From an uncultured Planctomycetota bacterium (GTDB taxonomy: Bacteria > Planctomycetota > PLA2 > JAEUHO01): DNA of 64,000 nt. The position numbers were made by a program, and so were the translations under genes. Below are positions 1 through 8,707 of the stretch, in pieces. The notes beneath the pieces are model-generated. The model was not told the DNA's origin, ran no database searches, and saw only the letters and a program-made list of their open reading frames with translations. Positions within the stretch are counted from its first letter, which is position 1. The number at the start of each line of letters is the position of its first letter. Where the stretch lies: the NCBI GenBank assembly GCA_963752285.1, contig CAVVXN010000005.1, positions 1,152,001 through 1,216,000 of the forward strand, read 5' to 3'.

Positions 1-883
1 GGCGGTGGCCGTCGTGCTGACCGGGCACGGCACGGTCGAGCGCGCGGTGGACCTCATGCGCCTCGGCGCGTTCGACGTGCTGACGAAGCCCTGTCGCGCC
101 GAGGAGATCTCGGCCACCGTCGAGAAGGCGCTCGAGCACCAGGAGGCGCTCCAGGCGAACCGCGACCTGCGCGAACGGCTCCGCGTGCAGGAGAAGCTCG
201 CCATGATCGGCAAGCTCGCCGCGGGCGTGGCCCACGAGCTGAACAACCCGCTCGACGCCGTCCTCCGCTGCGTCCGCCTGACGCGGGAGCACGTGAACGG
301 GAGCGACGAGGCCCGCGAGTTCCTGGACCTCGCCGAGTCGGGCCTGATCCGCATGGCGGACATCGTCCAGAGCCTGCTCACCTTCTCGCGCCACGCCGCC
401 GTCGAGCAGACGCCGCAGGCGCTCGAGGAGGTCCTCGGCGGCGCGATCACGTCGGTCTCGCTCGCCCTCGGCGACGAGGCCCCACCCATGGGTCGCGAGG
501 TGCGCCCCAACGTCTCGCGCCTGCCCGTGCCGCGCGGCCTGCACCAGGTGGTCGTGAACCTCCTCAAGAACGCGTGCGACGCGTCGGGGCCCCAAGCCCC
601 CATCGTCGTCCGCGCGTGGCGGGAGGCCGACGAGCTCGTGGTGGAGGTGGAGGACCACGGGCCGGGCATCCCCGAGGAGGTCCGCGCGCGCGTCTTCGAG
701 CCCTTCTTCACGACGAAGTCCCCCGGTCGGGGCACGGGCCTCGGCCTCCCCCTCTCCGCGCGCCTCGTGGAGAAGTTCGGAGGGCGTATCGGCCTCACGT
801 GTCCGAACGGCGGCGGCACGACGGTCCGTGTCACCCTGCCCGTGACGCACGCCGCGCCCGCGGCCATGCAGGAGGCGCGGTAG
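1..883 (+). CDS. Hybrid response regulator / sensor histidine kinase, 5' truncated by the window edge
   Basis: Receiver C-terminal half (VLTGHG...GAFDVLTKP), H-box AHELNNPL, N-box NLLKNA, G1 DHGPGI, F-box FEPFFTTK, G2 GTGLGL. Confidence 0.9.
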   Translation, partial: AVAVVLTGHGTVERAVDLMRLGAFDVLTKPCRAEEISATVEKALEHQEALQANRDLRERLRVQEKLAMIGKLAAGVAHELNNPLDAVLRCVRLTREHVNGSDEAREFLDLAESGLIRMADIVQSLLTFSRHAAVEQTPQALEEVLGGAITSVSLALGDEAPPMGREVRPNVSRLPVPRGLHQVVVNLLKNACDASGPQAPIVVRAWREADELVVEVEDHGPGIPEEVRARVFEPFFTTKSPGRGTGLGLPLSARLVEKFGGRIGLTCPNGGGTTVRVTLPVTHAAPAAMQEAR

Positions 884-886
884 CAC

Positions 887-2263
<1,377 letters not shown>

Positions 2264-2308
2264 CCCGCGCCCGTCGTTCGTCCGCCCGGAACGGGTACGA
2301 TCGGACGG

Positions 2309-3058
2309 ATGAACGAGACCCTCGCGCTCCTCCTCCGCCACCGCTCGATCCGCCGGTACACGGACGACCCGATCTCCGACGCGGACGTGCGCGCCGCGGT
2401 AAAGGCGGGGCAGCGCGCCAGCACGAGCAGCGCGGTCGAGGCGTACGCGCTCCTCCGCGTTCGCGACGAGGCGCGGCGAACGCGCCTGGCCGAGCTCGCC
2501 GGTTCCCAGGACAAGGTTCGTCTCGCGCCCGCGTTCTTCGTGGTCCTGGCGGACACGCGCCGACACCGCCTCGCGGCGCGGCGCCACGGCGTCCCGCACG
2601 TGGCGAACCTGGAGAGCTTCCTCGTCTCGACCGTGGACGCGACGCTCTTCGCCGAGAACGTGGTGGTGGCCTTCGAGTCGCTGGGCTACGGCGCCTGCTT
2701 CGTCGGCGGGCTCCGGAACGACCTCCCCGAGGTCGTGCGCGTGCTCGGTCTGCCGGAGGGCGTGTTCCCCCTCTACGGGCTCTGCGTCGGCCGTCCCGCC
2801 GAGGACCCGCGGCCGCGTCCGCGGCTCCCCGTGGACGCCGTGCTGCTCGAGGAGCGGTATCCCGACGACGAGCGCACGCTCGCCCTCCTCGACGCACACG
2901 ACCTCGCGGTGGAGGCGTGGTGGCGGGAGCTACGCCGCCCGGGCCGCACGTGGACCGCCTCGATCGCGGAGAAGTTCCGCGCCGCGCGCCGCGGGACGAT
3001 CGTCCAGGCGTACCGCGCGCTCGGCGCCGACCTCGGCCCCGGGCCCCCGCCCGACTGA
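2309..3058 (+). CDS. NfsA/NfrA-family NADPH-dependent nitroreductase / flavin reductase
   Basis: HRSIRRY, RASTSS, VDATLFAENVVVAFESLGYG, GGLRND, RPRLP motifs typical of the NfsA/Frp family. Confidence 0.9.
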   Translation: MNETLALLLRHRSIRRYTDDPISDADVRAAVKAGQRASTSSAVEAYALLRVRDEARRTRLAELAGSQDKVRLAPAFFVVLADTRRHRLAARRHGVPHVANLESFLVSTVDATLFAENVVVAFESLGYGACFVGGLRNDLPEVVRVLGLPEGVFPLYGLCVGRPAEDPRPRPRLPVDAVLLEERYPDDERTLALLDAHDLAVEAWWRELRRPGRTWTASIAEKFRAARRGTIVQAYRALGADLGPGPPPD

Positions 3059-3146
3059 GCGCGCGGCGGGCGTGCCCGGCGGGGTCCGACGCGGCCCGAG
3101 ACCTTCGCTCCCCATCGCCCTCTGCGTCCGCCGTCGTATCGGCGTC

Positions 3147-3162
3147 TGGTACGCCGATCGCT
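3147..3162 (+). promoter_or_regulatory. Putative sigma-54 (-24/-12) promoter
   Basis: TGGTACGCCGATCGCT gives GG-N10-GC, close to consensus TGGCACG-N4-TTGC; lies about 55 nt upstream of the DUF1328 ORF. Confidence 0.55.
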
Positions 3163-3215
3163 GGTCGTGGACCGGCCCCGTCGCATCGTGAAGCGCGGGG
3201 CGAAGGAGATGTCCG

Positions 3216-3377
3216 ATGTTGAGCTGGGCCCTGTTCTTCCTGGTGATCGCCCTGATCGCCGGCGCGCTCGGGTTTTGGGCGTTCGCCGGCCTCGCAGCGA
3301 CGATCGCCAAGGTCTTGCTGGTGGTCTTCCTCGTCGTCTTCCTCATCGCGCTGGTGGGAGGCCGCCGAGTCGTCTGA
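3216..3377 (+). CDS. DUF1328 (UPF0391/YtjA-like) small membrane protein, 53 aa; absent from the ORF track
   Basis: Manual translation [61 protein letters not shown] at 3203-3208. Confidence 0.9.
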   Translation: MLSWALFFLVIALIAGALGFWAFAGLAATIAKVLLVVFLVVFLIALVGGRRVV

Positions 3378-3571
3378 GCCCGCAGGCGGCGCGGTCGGTC
3401 CGAGACACGACGGGCCGCGCCGCCGGGACGGGCAGATCTGCGACGCCGCGGAAGAGGGGTGGGCATTCCGTGCCGATCCACGGACGGGGCCCTGGCCCAA
3501 CGGGGTCGTCCGACGTCGGGCCGACCGACTCGGCGACGGCGGGTTCGGCGACGGCCGGGTCCGCGACGCGG

Positions 3572-3916
3572 TCAGATCACGAGGAGGTCGGAGAAGGGCG
3601 AGCGAACGTCCACGGGACGGTCGAAAGCCACGCCCGCCTCGGGGCCCGACTCGGGGGTCCGGATCCAGACCACGCGGCCGCTCCCGTCGAGGACGAGTCG
3701 CTCGGGCTGTCCCGGCTCCTGGAGATGGATCTCGATCCGGACGCTACAGCCGGCGACCGGCGGGGACGCGGCGGCGAGGCGCAGTCCGCGGGCGCTCACG
3801 TCGAGGAGCGCGCCCTCGACGGCCCGGCCCTCGGCCGGCGAGATGCGGACACGGCCCCGCGGGGAGACCCGGGGGTCACGACGCCGTTCATCGGACTGTG
3901 AAGCCTTCCACCCCAT
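3572..3916 (-). CDS. Stand-alone PilZ-domain protein (c-di-GMP receptor)
   Basis: RxxxR (ERRRDPR), DVSARG (D-x-S-x-x-G), GRVVW...AGVAF; start placed at MGWK. Confidence 0.8.
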   Translation of the reverse strand: MGWKASQSDERRRDPRVSPRGRVRISPAEGRAVEGALLDVSARGLRLAAASPPVAGCSVRIEIHLQEPGQPERLVLDGSGRVVWIRTPESGPEAGVAFDRPVDVRSPFSDLLVI

Positions 3917-4207
3917 GCGGACCTCGCGGCAACACATCGCGTGCCCGACGGCGAGGCGCCCGAGGAATCCGCCCTCCCGGGCGGGAGGGGCCCGCGAGCG
4001 TCCTCCCGTCTGGACGTCGGGTGGCGCGGCCGCGACGGTGGCGGCCGCGGGTCGCGCCGGACGGCGTGCGCTCGCGCGACGAGCCGTCCACCGGGCTGCC
4101 GTCCCCCCCCGCGCGTCGTGGCGCCCCCCCGGTGCGACCGCGGTCCCGGTCGCCGCCGTGCCCCCCTCGGCGGGCTCCGGGCGAGACCGGCCCGGGTCGG
4201 ACCGGGG

Positions 4208-5377
4208 TCAGGACGCCAGGGCGGTCCGGACGGCGTGGATCACGGCGTCCTGCTCCTCCGGGAGGAGCCCCGGGAAGCACGGCAGCGAGAGCACCTGTTT
4301 CGCGAGGGACTCCGCGACCGGGCAGGCCGCCCCGAGGTACGGGGCGAAGCAGGACTGCTGGTGGAGCGGCATGGGGTAGTAGACCCCCGTCGCGACGCCG
4401 GCCGCCTCCAGCCGCTCGCGCACGAGGTCGCGACGCGGCACGCGGACCGTGTACAGGTGCGCGGCGCTCTTCGCGCCGGGCAGCACGCGCTGGGGCCGCG
4501 CGGGGCTGCCCTGGAACGCCAGGTCGTAGCGCGCGGCGATCGCGCGCCGCTCGCGCGTCCAGGCGTCGATCCGCGGGAGCTTCACGCGCAGCACCGCGGC
4601 CTGGATCTCGTCCATGCGGCTGTTCGTGCCGACGAGGCTGTGGTCGTAGAGCTTCTTCGTCTGCCCGTGGTCCCTCAGCGCCGCCACGGTGTCGGCGAGA
4701 CGCTCGTCGTCGGTCGTGACCACGCCGCCGTCTCCCGCGGCCGCGAGGTTCTTGGAGGGGTAGAACGAGAAGGCCGCCGCGTCGCCGAGGCCGCCCACGC
4801 GCCGGCCGCCCACCTCCGCGTGGATGGCCTGGGCCGCGTCCTCCAGCACGAGCACGTCGGGGGCGACCGCCGCGCGAAGCGCCCCCATGTCGGCCGGGCT
4901 CCCGTAGAGGTGCACGGGCACGATCGCCGCGGTCCGCGGGCCGGCGAGCCGCCGGACCGCCTCCGGGTCGAGGTTCATCGTGTCCTCGAGCACGTCCGCG
5001 AACACGGGGCGGCCGCCGGCGTTCACGACGGCGCCGGCCGTGGCCACGAACGTGAACGTCGGGAGGATCACCTCCCGCCGGTCCGCGGGTCGGCCCTCGA
5101 GCACGGCGCGAAGCGTCAGCATGAGGGCGTCGGTGCACGAGTCCACCGCGACGGCCCGACGGACCCCGACGTACGCGGCCATCTCGGTCTCGAACCCCCG
5201 GACCTCCGGGCCCTTCACGTACGTGTGGTCCCGCAGGATCCGGACGACCGCGTCCTCCGCCCGGGGCCCCCACTCGTCGTACACCCGCCGGGGGTCCATG
5301 AGCGGGACCTCCATGGTGGCGGCGAGCTTTTCCTCGCGCTGGCTCGGGGCGGCGAAGGGCAGGGCGGGGTCGTTCAC
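4208..5377 (-). CDS. DegT/DnrJ/EryC1/StrS-family PLP-dependent sugar aminotransferase
   Basis: PTFTFVAT, PVHLYG, EDAAQA, SFYPSKNL (PLP Lys), NSRMDEIQAA; alternative start at 5314. Confidence 0.93.
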   Translation of the reverse strand: MNDPALPFAAPSQREEKLAATMEVPLMDPRRVYDEWGPRAEDAVVRILRDHTYVKGPEVRGFETEMAAYVGVRRAVAVDSCTDALMLTLRAVLEGRPADRREVILPTFTFVATAGAVVNAGGRPVFADVLEDTMNLDPEAVRRLAGPRTAAIVPVHLYGSPADMGALRAAVAPDVLVLEDAAQAIHAEVGGRRVGGLGDAAAFSFYPSKNLAAAGDGGVVTTDDERLADTVAALRDHGQTKKLYDHSLVGTNSRMDEIQAAVLRVKLPRIDAWTRERRAIAARYDLAFQGSPARPQRVLPGAKSAAHLYTVRVPRRDLVRERLEAAGVATGVYYPMPLHQQSCFAPYLGAACPVAESLAKQVLSLPCFPGLLPEEQDAVIHAVRTALAS

Positions 5378-5444
5378 GCGGGGATTCTCGCGGCGGTCCC
5401 CGAGGGGCCCGCCGAAAAAAATGAAGACCCGGAAAAGGGCCGGG

Positions 5445-6410
5445 CTACCGCACCCGGAGGGGGATCTCGCGCCCGCCCTCGGCGAGGGACCGGCGCGCTG
5501 CCTCCAGCACGCGGGCGACGCGGACGCCGTCCTCGCCCGGGGTCGGGATCTCCGCCCCGCCCGCGACGCACCGGACGAACACCTGGAGCTCCGCCCGGAG
5601 CGCCGGCCGCCGCGGCACGGGGACCACCTCGCCGGGGAGGGCGTGACCGCAGAGGTGGAGCCGGAGGGGGGCCTCGGCGCTCACGTCGTCGAACACGGCC
5701 ATGCCCCGCTCGGCGACCACGGCGACGCGGCGGACCTTCACCGCGTCGAGCCAGGAGAGGTGCACGTGCCCGAGCACCCCGCCGGGGAAACGGAGGCCGA
5801 GGAACACCAGGTCCTCGAGCTGGGGCTGCGCGTACACACCGCCCCGGGCCGACACGCCGACGGGCCACGCGCCGAGGAGGTGGGCCATGAGGCTCACGTC
5901 GTGGGGCGCGAGGCTCGAGAGGGCCCCCTCGTCGCTCCGAAGCCGCCCCAGGTTCGTGCGTTGCGCGATCAGGTACCGCGGCCGGCCGAGCCGACCGGAC
6001 CGCATCACGCGCTCGAGCGCCGTGACCGCCGGGTGGTAGCGGAGCAGGTGGCCCACCGCCAGGATCCGACCCGCGCGCCTCGCCAGCGACACGAGCTGGC
6101 TCGCCTCGCGCGCCGTCTCCGCGAGCGGCTTCTCGACGAGCACGTGCTTTCCCGCGCGCAGGGCGGCTCGCGCGAGCGGGACGTGCGTGGGCGTCGGGCT
6201 CGCGATGACCAGGGCGTCTACGCGCTCGTCCTCGAGCGCGGGCTCCAGCCGGTCGGAGAGACGCGCGCCCTTCGCGAGCCGGCCCGCGCCCTCGCGGCGA
6301 ACCTCGTCGGGCTCCACGATCCAACGGAGCCGAACCCCCCGCATGGACGCGAGATCGCGTACGTGGTTGAGCCCCCACGCCCCCGCCCCCGCGATCGCGA
6401 CGTGGATCAA
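5445..6410 (-). CDS. Gfo/Idh/MocA-family oxidoreductase
   Basis: GAGAWG Rossmann motif, GKHVLVEKPLA, APHD; TTG start at 6410 overlaps the upstream stop (TTGA). Confidence 0.9.
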   Translation of the reverse strand: MIHVAIAGAGAWGLNHVRDLASMRGVRLRWIVEPDEVRREGAGRLAKGARLSDRLEPALEDERVDALVIASPTPTHVPLARAALRAGKHVLVEKPLAETAREASQLVSLARRAGRILAVGHLLRYHPAVTALERVMRSGRLGRPRYLIAQRTNLGRLRSDEGALSSLAPHDVSLMAHLLGAWPVGVSARGGVYAQPQLEDLVFLGLRFPGGVLGHVHLSWLDAVKVRRVAVVAERGMAVFDDVSAEAPLRLHLCGHALPGEVVPVPRRPALRAELQVFVRCVAGGAEIPTPGEDGVRVARVLEAARRSLAEGGREIPLRVR

Positions 6411-6997
6411 CCGCCCGACCCGCCGTCTCGGGACTGGAGCTTCTCCCGGGCCTTCCCGATGGCCTCGAGAACCGCGGGCGCCTCGTCCGGCGGGGCGCGC
6501 CGGTACACGTCCCACGCCGCACGGAACGCCGGCGCGTCGTCCGCGGCCATCATCTGGACCTCGGCGGCGCGGACCCACTCGGAGTCGTGCTCGAGCTTCG
6601 CCGTCCACGCGTCGAGCGAGGCCCGTCCCTCCTTCGAGAGCCCCCCGTACCGCTTGGCCAGCGCCTCGAACATGGACCGCGCGGCCCCGGACGAGCCGAA
6701 CAGCCCGCCGACGCCGCCCGCGGTCCCGTCCGAGGCCGCCTCGACCGGCCGGCCCGCGGCGCCGATCGCGATCTCCTCGAGAAGGCTCCGGTCGAGGTCC
6801 GCCTCGGCCGCCTGGTTCCACGCGTCCACGAAGGCGCCCTTCGCCATCGCCTTCCTCGCCTGCGCCTCGACGTCGCCGCGCTCGCTCGGCTGGAGCGCCA
6901 GGGTCGGCTGGTCGAGGCCGCGGGGCGAGCTGCAGCCGACGGCGAGCAGCGCGACGACGCCGAGGAGCGATCGGAAGGCGACGGTGCCTGCGCGCAT
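6407..6997 (-). CDS. Hypothetical helical lipoprotein
   Basis: Signal peptide with lipobox LLAVG-C; coding-like composition; translationally coupled to the oxidoreductase. Confidence 0.7.
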   Translation of the reverse strand: MRAGTVAFRSLLGVVALLAVGCSSPRGLDQPTLALQPSERGDVEAQARKAMAKGAFVDAWNQAAEADLDRSLLEEIAIGAAGRPVEAASDGTAGGVGGLFGSSGAARSMFEALAKRYGGLSKEGRASLDAWTAKLEHDSEWVRAAEVQMMAADDAPAFRAAWDVYRRAPPDEAPAVLEAIGKAREKLQSRDGGSGG

Positions 6998-7005
6998 GGG
7001 CGGTG

Positions 7006-7035
7006 ATGGTAGGTCCCGCCCGGGACGGGTGTCAA
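7006..7035 (-). promoter_or_regulatory. Sigma-70-type promoter for the lipoprotein-oxidoreductase genes
   Basis: Minus strand TTGACA-N18-TACCAT, 8 nt before the ATG at 6997; no SD. Confidence 0.65.
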
Positions 7036-7089
7036 AGTCCGGGGACGTAGCGGGTCGCCGGAACGCCCTGCCCCTACCATGGAGGGTCG

Positions 7090-8637
7090 ATGACGGAGAC
7101 CCGCCCCCGCGAGCCGGACGACGACCTACCGGCACCTCCCTCCGACCCCGAGGACCCGCCTCGCACCCGCCGGGCCCACATCGAGCGCTCGTTGCTCGAC
7201 GAGCACGCCCTGACGGTGGTGCGGCGGCTCCAGCGCCACGGCCACGAGGCCTACCTCGTGGGCGGCTGCGTCCGGGACCTCCTGGCGGGCCACGAGCCCA
7301 AGGACTTCGACGTCGCCACGGACGCGCGGCCCAACCGGATCAAGCGTGTCTTCCGCAACGCCCGGATCATCGGTCGGCGCTTCCGTCTGGCGCACATCCA
7401 CTTCGGCGAAGGTCGCGTCATCGAGACCGCGACGTTCCGCGGCCCGCCGCCGGTCGGCGAGGACGCCGACGAGCAGGACGAGGGCTCCCCCGAGAACGTC
7501 TTCGGGACTGCCGCCGAGGACGCGCGACGGCGCGACTTCACGATCAACGCGCTCTTCTACGATCCCGTGCGCGACGAGATCCTCGACTGGGTGGGCGGCC
7601 TCGACGACGTGGAGGCCCGCGTCGTGCGCTCGATCGGCGACCCCGCGACGCGGATCTACGAGGATCCCGTGCGCATGATCCGCGCGGTCCACTTCGCCGT
7701 ACGCCTCGACTTCCAGATCGAGCCCACGCTCGAGCGCGCCATCGCGGAGCACGCCGACCGGATCGTCGAGGCGAGCCAGGCCCGCCTCTACGTCGAGCTC
7801 CTGAAGATCCTCGGCCGCGGCGCCGCCTGGCGCACGCTGCATCGTCTCCACCGGCTCGGCGTCCTCGCCCACTGGGTCCCCGAGGTCGTGGCGTTCCTCG
7901 ACGAGCCGCGGACGTGGGGCGACCTCGCCGGCCCGGCCTCCGAGCCCGAGGACCCCGAGGGTCTCCCTCCGAGCGGCGCGCACGCGACCTGGAACCTGCT
8001 CGGCGTCGCGGACCGCTGGGGTCTCGGCGCCGGGGGCGCCGAGGAGGCGATGCTCCTCGCGCCGCTCCTCGCGCCCTGGATCGTCTCGGCCTGGCTCGAG
8101 GACGACCACGGCGGGTACCTCGCGTGGTGCGACCGGTTCGACGAGACCGTGCGACCGCTCGCGCAGCGGACGAGCATGCCGCGCCGGACGCTGGGTCGCC
8201 TGAAGGAGGCCCTCTGGCTGTGGCTCACGATGCGCCACCCGCCGGACGGCCGCTGGGCGCACAAGGTCGTCCGACGCCAGGCGTTCCCACTCGCGCTCTC
8301 GTTCCTGCGCCTCGACCTCGAGGCGCGCAACCGGGTCGACGGGACGCTCGCGGCGTGGGAGGAGCTGGGGGCCCGGAGCCGCCCGGCCGCCCACGCGCAC
8401 CGGCGCGACGAGGACGAGGAGCCCCGCCGGCGCCGCCGCGGCGGCCGGAGCGGGCGCGGGCGCCGCGGTCGCCGCGCCGGGCCGGGGTCCGCCGCCCACG
8501 GCGACGGCGAGGGCGGCGGCGCGCCCCGCGTCGGATCGGAGGCGGCCGCGTGGACGCCGGCTCCCCCGCCGCCGGAGCGCGGGCCCGACCCGCGGGACCG
8601 CGAGCAGCCGCCCCAGAGGGACGCCGCGGACGTCTAG
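7090..8637 (+). CDS. pcnB: Poly(A) polymerase I
   Basis: AYLVGGCVRDLL, KDFDVAT, PAP-specific IIGRRFRLAHI, RRDFTINALFY, EDPVRMIRA; Arg/Gly-rich C-terminal tail. Confidence 0.9.
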   Translation: MTETRPREPDDDLPAPPSDPEDPPRTRRAHIERSLLDEHALTVVRRLQRHGHEAYLVGGCVRDLLAGHEPKDFDVATDARPNRIKRVFRNARIIGRRFRLAHIHFGEGRVIETATFRGPPPVGEDADEQDEGSPENVFGTAAEDARRRDFTINALFYDPVRDEILDWVGGLDDVEARVVRSIGDPATRIYEDPVRMIRAVHFAVRLDFQIEPTLERAIAEHADRIVEASQARLYVELLKILGRGAAWRTLHRLHRLGVLAHWVPEVVAFLDEPRTWGDLAGPASEPEDPEGLPPSGAHATWNLLGVADRWGLGAGGAEEAMLLAPLLAPWIVSAWLEDDHGGYLAWCDRFDETVRPLAQRTSMPRRTLGRLKEALWLWLTMRHPPDGRWAHKVVRRQAFPLALSFLRLDLEARNRVDGTLAAWEELGARSRPAAHAHRRDEDEEPRRRRRGGRSGRGRRGRRAGPGSAAHGDGEGGGAPRVGSEAAAWTPAPPPPERGPDPRDREQPPQRDAADV

Positions 8638-8640
8638 CTT

Positions 8641-8664
8641 CGCGCGCGTCGGGCGACGCGCGCG
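8641..8664. terminator. GC-rich hairpin between convergent genes, possible bidirectional terminator
   Basis: CGCGCGCGTC-GGGC-GACGCGCGCG perfect 10-bp stem just after the pcnB stop; no U-tract. Confidence 0.35.
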
Positions 8665-8707
8665 TCGGACGTCGCGGCCGTCCGGCGTCGAGCGGGCGTG
8701 GCTTCGG

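Noticed and set aside
3930..3946. Sigma-54-like GGCACG motif upstream of the PilZ gene
   Set aside because: GG-N10 is followed by GT rather than GC, so the spacing to TTGC is wrong.
4103..4166. C8/C7/C6 tracts (possible G-quadruplex or phase-variable runs)
   Set aside because: They are intergenic, plausible by chance at this GC content, and show no link to a promoter or reading frame.
7090..8637. CCA-adding enzyme as an alternative call for pcnB
   Set aside because: The PAP-specific signature IIGRRFRLAHI is present.
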